This document shows positions 1 to 10,225 of a stretch of 64,000 nt of DNA, piece after piece. This DNA is from Amphiscolops sp. MND2022 (lineage: Eukaryota). Made by a program: the position numbers and the translations under genes. The first letter of the stretch is position 1. Every line of letters starts with the position of its first letter. A model generated the notes under the pieces. That model was not told the origin of the DNA. It made no database searches and worked only from the letters and a program-made list of their open reading frames with translations. The stretch is from positions 73,038,001 through 73,102,000 of the forward strand of contig OZ076409.1 in the NCBI GenBank assembly GCA_964187785.1. Reading direction: 5' to 3'.

Positions 1-926
1 GCTGTTGGGGAGGGTCCCGGGCGCGCTCAGGTGTTTGTGGTTTTCCAACTTTGGAATCAGCACCCGCTGGGAACGATCTCGAGAACTATCCATACGATTT
101 GGCTGAAATTTTGCATGTGGCTCCCAATGGACATTGTAAGAACAAATCCCTACTGGCGTTTTGCTGGGAAAAATCAAAATGTTGGTCAAAAATGCGATTT
201 TCCGACGAAATTTTTGACTTTTTTTACTTTGACAGTCAAAATCTCGCCACAGGGTTACGCTAGCTACCCTAAACCTCCCCAATTATAATTTGCAAACTGT
301 CTCAGGAATGCGGTGTGAAATTTTCAGGTCAATCGGACTTAAACTCAGCGACTTAGAGCGATTTTTTAGGTGCATTTTTTGACATTTTTTGCAATTGCCG
401 ATTTATCTCTGCCGTTTTTTGCCCAGATTTTTTTTGAGACCCTCTCCTAAAGACCTCCCCTGGCCGGTTTACTTCCCAGCAAAACCATTTGGCCCTAAAT
501 ACGAAGTTTCAGCGTTCTAGCAATCCCGGGCGAAAAGTTATGGGACTTAGAAAATTTTTTCGAAAACGCAAAATGTGTAAAGTCAACTTCAGGCCTTCCA
601 AAGTCAAGGAACTTCCACACAACTAGTATTGCAAGTGAATGCATGTGGAAAGTACTCGAATAGACGAGGAAAATGAGCTATAGAATGTCTCTGTATCTTA
701 ACTTGACGTTGACTTATGGTGTTTTGAATGTGGGCTTCCTGAGGGGTCTGAAAAGCAAAAATTAAAAATGGAAACTAAGTCTTATTGAAAACTCACTAGA
801 TTCCGTGCAATCGACCCCAGAACGTGCTCAATTGTAGTTTCCTAATCTATCAACGCCATTCAAGGTCTTCTGACTAATGTTGAAAAAATTGATACCGTAT
901 TATTCATCCGAGAGCACGAAACAGTT

Positions 927-969
927 GAGTACATTCCATCTCCCTTTCGGGGGAGATGAGAATGTACTC
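927..969 (+). other. Long hairpin HP1 about 300 bp upstream of the junction in main-family units (representative)
   Basis: GAGTACATTC-CATCTCCC-loop-GGGAGATG-A-GAATGTACTC, 43 nt with one bulged A, preceded by GAAACAGTT. The arms are conserved and the loop varies across main-family units. Confidence 0.92.
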
Positions 970-1132
970 GCTAAAGTCCAGGTACTACAGCCCATATTTG
1001 TTTTTATGCGGCGCTCTTTAAACTAGTGTGTAGACGTATTAATCTTTTAACTGAATTTTCTTTTGTCTACACTTTGAGTTTGACTTGACATACACTGAAC
1101 GTTTTGTCCTTACAACATACACATTACTAACG

Positions 1133-1237
1133 TCAACGCCCCATCCTTGCATCAACGCCCACCGTCCGTGGGCATGCCGAGGCATGCCCTTCGACGACGT
1201 ATACCAAGATATACATAAGCGCGGTAGCCGCTAGGTG
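1133..1237 (+). other. Conserved junction element (representative copy; 47 copies plus one degenerate copy)
   Basis: TCAACGCC (1133) and TCAACGCCC (1152) direct repeats, ACCGTCCGT, hairpin 1170-1189, TTCGACGACGT, a variable segment, then CTAGGTG at 1231-1237. It ends every unit whatever the subfamily. Confidence 0.95.
1170..1189 (+). other. Junction hairpin HP2, GGGCATGCC-GA-GGCATGCCC (representative)
   Basis: Perfect 9-bp inverted repeat, almost invariant. The outer G-C pair is replaced by A-T at 26076-26095 and 36050-36069. Confidence 0.93.
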
Positions 1238-1265
1238 CCGGGATTTCTATTCGATAAAGTATGTG

Positions 1266-1294
1266 GCGCGCCTTGGGTAGGGTCCCTTGCGCGC
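1266..1294 (+). other. Stem-loop HP3 carrying GGG(T/G)AGGG(T/C/G)CC about 40 bp downstream of the junction (representative)
   Basis: GCGCG...GGGTAGGGTCCC...CGCGC in this copy. The same core motif sits inside different closing stems in other subfamilies. Confidence 0.85.
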
Positions 1295-1702
1295 TCTTGG
1301 GTATGGTGTTCACCAGCTAGGAAACAGGGGTCGATTTTTCGGGATCTCCTAAACTAGCCACACGATTTGGCTGAAATTTGGCACACGTACCCCCCTCGGC
1401 ACGGTGAAGATGATTCCCTACTGACGTTTTGCTCGCTAAACATTTTTTGTTGACCAAAATAACGGTTTTTGGGGTAAAATTTTCAACTTTTTTTAAATTT
1501 CATCTTATATCTCGCCACGGGTTTACGCTAGCGCTTCCAAATCTTGCTGACGAAACCTTGCAAACTGTCTCAGGAATGCGGTGTGAAATTTTCAGCTCAA
1601 TCGGACTTAAACTCAGGGAGATATAGCGTTTTTCCGGAGCGGGGGGGTTTCATTTTTCTAACGGTCCAGCTTATCTTAGCCATTTTTTCGAAAATGTACT
1701 CG

Positions 1703-1811
1703 CCTAAAGACCTCCCCTGGCCGGTTTTATTCCCAGCAAAACCATTTGGCCCTAAATACGGAGTTTCAGCGTTCCAGCATTCCCGGGCGAAAAGTTGTGG
1801 GACTTAGAAAA
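1703..1811 (+). repeat. Most conserved internal block of main-family units (representative)
   Basis: CCTAAAG(A/G)CCTCCCCTGGCC...CCATTTGGCCCTAAATACGGAGTTTCAGCGTTC(C/T)AGCATTCCCGGGCGAAAAGTTGTGGGACTTAGAAAA is shared by subfamilies whose flanks differ strongly (for example near 446, 15848, 17112, 26666 and 44401). Confidence 0.9.
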
Positions 1812-2517
1812 TTTCAAAAATTTTCAAAATTTTTTTTTTCGGTTTTCCGCCCTCCCCCCCGAGGGGAAAAGACCCCCCAACCAGTAATTTGAGTGAATTC
1901 ATGTGGAAAGGCCATGTTTAGAGGAGAAAAATCCCGTTTAAATCGTCTTTTTATCTTTATTCAACGTTGACTTATGACGTTTTGAAGGTGATGTTTGGAG
2001 GTGTGAAGCACGTGAAAAGTAAACGTTATGAGTATTTATCTGATCTGAAAGCCATTGAGATGAACCTGTTTTGCTCAAAACGTAATTCATATCAGTCTGG
2101 TAGTCAATCAACACCCTTTGTTGTCATTTGACATCTTTTTTTGTTGATATAAGAAAAAATTTCGTGTATTTATTCATTTTTTTCTCATCAAATAACTTGA
2201 AACAGTTGAGTACATTCCATCCCCCCTTCACGGGGGAGATGAGAATGTACTCGCAGAAAGCCCCGAACTACGGCCCTTACCTTCCTGAGCTACGCAGTAT
2301 AAAGATTGCATATTGGTTCCGACATTTTGATAGAGTTATATCTTGGTAATCTGTCTGGGTATGCAGAAAAACCAGCACGTGCTTTTTTATACCAAGTTGC
2401 TCACAACGACATTTATTTTATATCAACGCCCCCATATTTATCAACGCCCCCCGTCCGTGGGCATGCCGAGGCATGCCCTTCGACGACGTATACCAAGATA
2501 TGTTCGAGCGCGTTAGC

Positions 2518-3789
2518 CTAGGTGCCGGGATTTTCTATTCGACAAGTTTGCGCGCCTTGGGGAGGGTCCCTTTGCGCGCTTTAAGATCCAGGTGTTTCCA
2601 ACTCCTAAACGGGCATGTGATTTCGACGATCTCCTAAACTAGCCATACGATTTGGCTGAAATTTGGCACACGTACCACCCTCGGCACGGTGAAGATGATT
2701 TCCTACTGACGTTTTTCCCGCTAAACATTTTTTGTTGTCCAAAATAACGGTTTTTGGTGGAAAATTTTTGATTTTTTTTAAATTTCATCTTATATCTCGC
2801 CACGGGTTTACGCTAGCGCTTCAAAACCTTGCTGACGAAAGTTTGCAAACTGTCTCAGGAATGCGGTGTGAAATTTTCAGCTCAATCGGACTCAAACTCG
2901 AGGAGATATAGCGTTTTTCCGGAGCGGGGGGGTTTCATTTTTCTAACGGTCCAGCTTATCTTTGCCATTTTTTCGAAAATGCACTCGCCTAAAGGCCTCC
3001 CCTGGCCGGTTTTATTCCCAGCAAAACCATTTGGCCCTAAATACGGAGTTTCAGCGTTCCAGCATTCCCGGGCGAAAAGTTGTGGGACTTAGAAAATTTC
3101 AAAAATTTTCAAAAAAAATTTTTTCCGTTATTTGGGCCCCCAAAGTGGGGGAAAAGACCCCCCAACCAGTAAAGCAAGTGAATGCATGTGGAAAGCCCTT
3201 AGTTAGATGAGAAAAATGGCGTTTAGAACGTCTTTTTATCTTGGCTCAACGTTGTCTTATGACGTTTTGAAGGTGACCGTTAGATACGGAAAATTGATGT
3301 TTTGAGTCTTTATCCCATCTGAAAGCCACTGAGATACAACATGTTTTGCTCAAAACGTATTTCATTGCAGTTTCGCTGTCCATTAACACCCTTTGGTGTC
3401 TTTTGACGTATTTTTCTTTTCTATAATAACATTTTTTCTGTGTATTTATTCATTTGTTTTTCATCAAATAACTTGAAACAGTTGAGTACATTCCATCTCC
3501 CTTCCCGGGGGAGATGAGAATGTACTCGCTAAAGGCCGCGAACTACGGTCTATATCTTCCCCAACACAAAAGAGATTGAAAATTGTTTCATTTTGTGGAA
3601 AAAATTCTTCTTTTTGTACACTGTGACTCGACAAAGTGAACGTTTCTTACCTATTTTGAAACTTCCCTCACCAAAAACCATCTCTAACGTCAGCGCCCCC
3701 CTACTTGCATCAACGCCCCCCGTCCGTGGGCATGCCGAGGCATGCCCTTCGACGACGTATACCAAGATATACCTGGAGCGCGGTAGCCG
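2518..3789 (+). mobile_element. Putative cassette, head type H2 (near-identical unit at 38694-39964; same head at 14070 and 51572)
   Basis: Head CCGGGATTTTCTATTCGACAAGTTTGCGCG...TTAAGATCCAGG; tail CTAAAGGCCGCGAACTACGGTC...CCTGGAGCGCGGTAGCCG. Confidence 0.6.
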
Positions 3790-5062
3790 CTAGGTGCCGG
3801 GATTTCCATTCGATAAGGAATTCTGCGCGTGTGGGTAGTGCCCCTGGCGCGCTCCTGTGTTTTCGGTTTTCCTACTCCTAAATAGACCCCCTGAATTCCG
3901 GGATCTCCTAAACTATCCATACGATTTGGCTGAAATTTGGCACACGTACCCCCCTCGGCACGGTGAAGATGATTTCCTACTGACGTTTTTCCCGCTAAAC
4001 ATTTTTTGTTGACCAAAATAACGGTTTTTGGGGTAAAATTTTGAACTTTTTTTAAATTTCATCTTATATCTCGCCACGGGTACACGCTAGCGCTTCCAAA
4101 CCTTGCTGACGAAAGTTTGCAAACTGTCTCAGGAATGCTGTGTGAAATTTTCAGCTCAATCGGACTTAAACTCGAGGAGATATAGCGTTTTCCCGGAGCG
4201 GGGGGGTTTCAATTTTCTAACGGTCCAGCTTATCTTTGCCATTTTTTCGAAAATGCACTCGCCTAAAGGCCTCCCCTGGCCGGTTTTATTCCCAACAAAA
4301 CCATTTGGCCCTAAATACGGAGTTTCAGCGTTCCAGCATTCCCGGGCGAAAAGTTGTGGGACTTAGAAAAGTTCAAAAATTTTCAAAAAAAATTTTTTCC
4401 GTTATTTGGGCCCTCAAAGTGGGGGAAAAGACCCCCCAACCAGTAAAGCAAGTGAATGCATGTGGAAAGCCCTTTTTTAGACGAGAAAAATGCCGTCTAG
4501 AACGTCTTTTTATCTTAACTTGACATTGACTTTTGTCGTTTTGAAGGTGACCGTTAGATACGGAAAATTGATGTTTTGAGTATTTATCCCATCTGAAAGC
4601 CATTGAGATACAACATGTTTTGCTCAAAACGTGTTTCATTGCAGTTTCGCTGTCCATTATCACCCTTTGGTGTCTTTTCACGTAATTTTCGTTTCTATAA
4701 TAACAATTTTTTTGTGTATTTATTCATTTTATTCTCATCAAATAACTTGAAACAGTTGAGTACATTCCATCTCCCTTCCCGGGGGAGATGAGAATGTACT
4801 CGCTAAAGGTCAGGAACTACGGTCTATATCTTCCACAACACAAATGGGATTGCAAATGGTTTCAGTTTGTCGCAGAAAACTTCTTTTTGCCCTCTGTGAC
4901 TCGACAAAATGAACGTTTCTTACTTACTTTGAAACTCAGCATACCACAACTCATCTCTAACGTCAGCGCCCCCCTACTTGCATCAACGCCCACCGTCCGT
5001 GGGCATGCCGAGGCATGCCCTTCGACGACGTATACCAAGATATACCTGGAGCGCGGTAGCCG
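3790..5062 (+). mobile_element. Putative cassette, head type H3 (head also at 6352, 12804, 19202, 37406)
   Basis: Head CCGGGATTTCCATTCGATAAGGAATTCTGCG. The tail is shared with unit 41252, which has a different head. Confidence 0.55.
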
Positions 5063-8000
5063 CTAGGTGCCGGTGTTTTTTTACACAATGGGGGAAGTTG
5101 CGCGGTTGGGGAGGGTCCCTGACGCGCTTCCGTGGTATCGGGTCTTTCAACCGATGAAAACGCGACAGAAAATCGGGATCTCGTAAACTAGCCATACGAT
5201 TTGGCTGAAATTTGGCACACGTACCCCCCTCGGCACGGTGAAGATGATTCCCTACTGACGTTTTTCCCGCTAAACATTTTTTGTTGACCAAAATAACGGT
5301 TTTTGGGGTAAAATTTTCAACTTTTTTTAAATTTCATCTTATATCTCGCCACGGGTGCACGCTAGCGCTTCCAAACCTTGCTGACGAAAGTTTGCAAACT
5401 GTCTCAGGAATGCTGTGTGAAATTTTCAGCTCAATCGGACTCGAACTCGAGGAGATATAGCGTTTTTCCGGAGCGGGGGGGTTTCATTTTTCTAACGGTC
5501 CAGCTTATCTTTGCCATTTTTTCGAAAATGCACTCGCCTAAAGGCCTCCCCTGGCCGGTTTTATTCCCAGCAAAACCATTTGGCCCTAAATACGGAGTTT
5601 CAGCGTTCCAGCATTCCCGGGCAAAAAGTTGTGGGACTTAGAAAATTTCAAAAATTTTCAAAAAAATTTTTTTCCGTTATTTGGGCCCCCAAAGTGGGGG
5701 AAAAGACCCCCCAACCAGTAAAGCAAGTGAATGCATGTGCAAAGCCCTTGTTTAGAGGAGAAAAATGCCGTTTAGAACGTCTTTTTATCTTGGCTCAACG
5801 TTGACTTATGACGTTTTGAAGGTGATGTTTGGAGGTGTAAAGCACGTGAATAGTAAACGTTATGAGTATTTATCTGATCTGAAAGCCATTGAGATGCAAT
5901 ATGGTTTGCTCAAAACGTAATTCTTGGCAGTTTGGCAATCAATCAACACCCTTTGTTGTCGTTTGACATACTTTTTTGTTGTTATAATAAAAAATTTTGT
6001 GTATTTATTCATTTTTTTCTCATCAAATAACTTGAAACAGTTGAGTACATTCCATCCCCCCTTCCGGGGGAGATGAGAATGTACTCGCAAAAAGCACCGA
6101 ACTACGGCCCTTACCTTCCCGAGCTACGCAGTTTAAGGATTACATATTGGTTCCGACATTTTCATAGAGTTAAATCTTGGTAATCTGTCTGGATATGCAG
6201 AAAAATCAGCACGTGCCTTTTAATACCAAGTTGCTCACAACGACAATTATTTTATATCAACGCCCCCATATTTATCAACGCCCCCCGTCCGTGGGCATGC
6301 CGAGGCATGCCCTTCGACGACGTGCACCAAGATATGCTATAACGCGTTAGCCTAGGTGCCGGGATTTCCATTCGATAAGGAATTCTGCGCGTGTGGGTAG
6401 GGCCCCTGGCGCGCTCCTGTGTTTTCGGTTTTCCTACTCCAAATTCACACCCCAGTTATCTCCGATCTCGTAAACTATCCATACGATTTGGCTGAAATTT
6501 GGCACACGTACCCCCCTCGGCACGGTGAAGATGATTTCCTACTGACGTTTTTCCCGCTAAACATTTTTTGTTGACCAAAATAACGGTTTTTGGGGTAAAA
6601 TTTTCAACTTTTTTTAAATTTTATCTTATATCTCGCCACGGGTACACGCTAGCGCTTCCAAACCTTGCTGACGAAAGTTTGCAAACTGTCTCAGGAATGC
6701 TGTGTGAAATTTTCAGCTCAATCGGACTTAAACTCGAGGAGATATAGCGTTTTTCCGGAGCGGGGGGGTTTCATTTTTCTAACGGTCCAGCTTATCTTTG
6801 CCATTTTTTCGAAAATGCACTCGCCTAAAGGCCTCCCCTGGCCGGTTTTATTCCCAGCAAAACCATTTGGCCCTAAATACGGAGTTTCAGCGTTCCAGCA
6901 TTCCCGGGCGAAAAGTTGTGGGACTTAGAAAATTTCAAAAATTTTCAAAAATTTTTTTTCCGTTATTTGGGCCCCCAAAGTGGGGGAAAAGACCCCCCAA
7001 CCAGTAAAGCAAGTGAATGCATGTGCAAAGCCCTTGTTTAGAGGAGAAAAATGCCGTTTAGAACGTCTTTTTATCTTGGCTCAACGTTGACTTATGACGT
7101 TTTGAAGGTGATGTTTGGAGGTGTAAATCACGTGAATAGTAAACGTGAATAGAAAGAGTATTTATCTGATCTGAAAGCCATTGAGATGCAATATGGTTTG
7201 CTCAAAACGTAATTCATGGCAGTTTGGCAATCAATCAACACCCTTTGTTGTCGTTTGACATACTTTTTTGTTGTTATAATAAAAATTTTGTGTATTTGTT
7301 CATTTTTTTCTCATCAAATAACTTGAAACAGTTGAGTACATTCCATCCCCCCTTCCGGGGGAGATGAGAATGTACTCGCAAAAAGCAGCGAATTACGGCC
7401 CTTACCTTCCCGAGCTACGCAGTATAAGGATTACATATTGGTTCCGACATTTTCATAGAGTTAAATCTTGGTAATCTGTCTGGATATGCAGAAAAATCAG
7501 CACGTGCCTTTTAATACCAAGTTGCTCACAACGACAATTATTTTATATCAACGCCCCCATATTTATCAACGCCCCCCGTCCGTGGGCATGCCGAGGCATG
7601 CCCTTCGACGACGTATACCAAGATATACATCGAGCGCGTTAGCCTAGGTGCCGGGATTTCTATTCGATAAAGTATGTGGCGCGCCTTGGGTAGGGTCCCT
7701 TGCGCGCTCTTGGGTATGGTGTTCACCAGCTAGGAAACAGGGGTCGATTTTTCGGGATCTCCTAAACTAGCCACACGATTTGGCTGAAATTTGGCACACG
7801 TACTCCCCTCGGCATGGTGAAGATGATTCCCTACTAGCGTTTTGCTCGCAAAATTTTTTTTGTTGTCCAAAATAACGGTTTTTGGGGGAAAATTTTGAAC
7901 TTTTTTTAAATTTCATCTTATATCTCGCCACGGGTTTACGCTAGCGCTTCAAAACCCTGCTAAAGAAAGCTTGCAAACTGTCTCAGGAATGCGGTGTGAA

Positions 8001-8932
8001 ATTTTCAGCTCAATCGGACTTAAACTCAGGGAGATATAGCGTTTTTCCGGAGCGGGGGGGTTTCATTTTTCTAACGGTCCAGCTTATCTTAGCCATTTTT
8101 TCGAAAATGTACTCGCCTAAAGACCTCCCCTGGCCGGTTTTATTCCCAGCAAAACCATTTGGCCCTAAATACGGAGTTTCAGCGTTCCAGCATTCCCGGG
8201 CGAAAAGTTGTGGGACTTAGAAAATTTCAAAAATTTTCAAAAATTTTTTTTTCGGTTTTCCGCCCTCCCCCCCGAGGGGAAAAGACCCCCCAACCAGTAA
8301 TTTGAGTGAATTCATGTGGAAAGGCCATGTTTAGAGGAGAAAAATGCCGTTTAGAACGTCTTTTTATCTTGGCTCAACGTTGACTTATGACGTTTTGAAG
8401 GTGATGTTTGGAGGTGTGAAGCACGTGAAAAGTAAACGTTATGAGTATTTATCTGATCTGAAAGCCATTGAGATGAAACCTGTTTTGCTCAAAACGTAAT
8501 TCATATCAGTTTGGTAGTCAATCAACACCCTTTGTTGTCATTTGACATCTTTTTTTTGTTGATATAAGAAAAAATTTCGTGTATTTATTCATTTTTTTCC
8601 CATCAAATAACTTGAAACAGTTGAGTACATTCCATCCCCCCTTCACGGGGGAGATGAGAATGTACTCGCAAAAAGCCCCAAACTACGGCCCTTACCTTCC
8701 TGAGCTACGCAGTATAAAGATTGCATATTGGTTCCGACATTTTGATAGAGTTATATCTTGGTAATCTGTCTGGGTATGCAGAAAAACCAGCACGTGCTTT
8801 TTTATACCAAGTTGCTCACAACGACATTTATTTTATATCAACGCCCCCATATTTATCAACGCCCCCCGTCCGTGGGCATGCCGAGGCATGCCCTTCGACG
8901 ACGTATACCAAGATATGTTCGAGCGCGTTAGC

Positions 8933-10225
8933 CTAGGTGCCGGTGTTTTTTTACACAATGGGGAAAGTTGCGCGGTTGGGGAGGGTCCCTGACGCGCTCC
9001 CGGGATTTCGGATTTTTTAACCTTTACGTACCCATCAAAAATTTTGGGATCTCGAAAACTAGCCGTACGATTTGGCTGAAATTTGGCACACGTACCCCCC
9101 TCGGCACGGTGAAGATGATTTCCTACTGACGTTTTTCCCGCTAAACATTTTTTGTTGACCAAAATAACGGTTTTTGGGGTAAAATTTTCAACTTTTTTTA
9201 AATTTCATCTTATATCTCGCCACGGGTACACGCTAGCGCTTCCAAACCTTGCTGACGAAAGTTTGCAAACTGTCTCAGGAATGCTGTGTGAAATTTTTAG
9301 CTCAATCGGACTTAAACTCGAGGAGATATAGCGTTTTTCCGGAGCGGGGGGGTTTCATTTTTCTAACGGTCCAGCTTATCTTTGCCATTTTTTCGAAAAT
9401 GCACTCGCCTAAAGGCCTCCCCTGGCCGGTTTTATTCCCAGCAAAACCATTTGGCCCTAAATACGGAGTTTCAGCGTTCCAGCATTCCCGGGCGAAAAGT
9501 TGTGGGACTTAGAAAATTTCAAAAATTTTCAAAAAAATTTTTTTCCGTTATTTGGGCCCCCAAAGTGGGGGAAAAGACCCCCCAACCAGTAAAGCAAGTG
9601 AATGCATGTGCAAAGCCCTTGTCTGAACGAGAAAAATGCCGTTTAGAACGTCTTTTTATCTTGGCTCAACGTTGACTTATGACGTTTTGAAGGTGATGTT
9701 TGGAGGTGTAAAGCACGTGAATAGTAAACGTTATGAGTATTTATCTGATCTGAAAGCCATTGAGATACAATATGGTTTGCTCAAAACGTATTTCATTGCA
9801 GTTTGGCAATCAATACAACACCCTTTGTTGTCGTTTGACATACTTTTTTGTTGTTCTAATAAAAAATTTTGTGTATTTATTCATTTTTTTCTCATCAAAT
9901 AACTTGGAACAGTTGAGTACATTCCATCCCCCCTTCCGGGGGAGATGAGAATGTACTCGCAAAAAGCACCGAACTACGGCCCTTACCTTCCCGAGCTACG
10001 CAGTATAAGGATTACATATTGGTTCCGACATTTTCATAGAGTTATATCTTGATAATCTGTCTGGATATGCCGAAAAATCAGCACGTGCCTTTTAATACCA
10101 AGTTGCTCACAACGACAATTATTTTATATCAACGCCCCCATATTTATCAACGCCCCCCGTCCGTGGGCATGCCGAGGCATGCCCTTCGACGACTCGCACC
10201 AAAATATGCGTTAGCGCGGTAGCCG
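8933..10225 (+). mobile_element. Putative cassette, head type H4 (near-identical unit at 59277-60570; related heads at 5063, 10226, 21780, 29601, 54143, 55435, 57987)
   Basis: Head CCGGTGTTTTTTTACACAATGGGG. Private variants (GAAATTTTTAGCTC, CTTGTCTGAACGAG, CAATACAACACCC, GACTCGCACCAAAATATGCGTTAGC) are shared with the copy 50 kb away. Confidence 0.65.

Larger units (their letters stand above)
1..1230 (+). repeat. 5'-truncated main-family unit
   Basis: Starts inside the HP3 motif (GGGGAGGGTCCC at about 7-18). Body and tail closely match unit 29601-30873. Confidence 0.9.
1231..2517 (+). mobile_element. Putative non-autonomous cassette, head type H1 (also at 7644, 11516, 39965, 52857, 61881)
   Basis: Head is CC(G/C)GGATTTCTATTCGATAAAGTATGTGG...CTTGGGTATGGTGTTCACCAGCTAGG and all six copies end GTTCGAGCGCGTTAGC. 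Mobility is inferred from dispersed recurrence with different neighbours. Confidence 0.6.

Noticed and set aside
1133..1160. GGGCGTT on the - strand resembles kinetoplast minicircle CSB-1; unit size and A-tracts also recall minicircles
   Set aside because: I found no CSB-3 (GGGGTTGGTGTA) or CSB-2, and the match is only 7-8 nt. A guide-RNA role for the T-rich tails cannot be supported without alignment to edited mRNAs.
1152..1200. Palindromic repeat with variable intervening DNA, resembling CRISPR
   Set aside because: The intervening segments are about 1.2 kb and homologous to each other, and there are no cas genes.
1544..1807. Recurrent 87-aa ORF (MLTK..CKLSQEC..) and overlapping short ORFs in many units
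   Set aside because: It starts at TTG or GTG, is truncated by in-frame stops in several copies (TTCTAG and TGTAAT variants), is absent from other subfamilies, crosses variable homopolymer runs and has no recognisable domain. Recurrence simply reflects the repeat.
1231..2524. Classical TIR transposon or MITE with CTAG or CTAGGTG target-site duplication
   Set aside because: Unit ends are not consistent terminal inverted repeats, all units share one orientation, and none is nested inside another.
2833..2862. CTGACGA followed by the palindrome AGTTTGCAAACT, a possible hammerhead ribozyme
   Set aside because: There is no GAAA after the putative stem II and no stems I or III, and the motif is lost in many units (CTAAAGA variant).
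7131..7156. Local duplication CGTGAATAG in one unit
   Set aside because: A single slippage-type event with no wider pattern.
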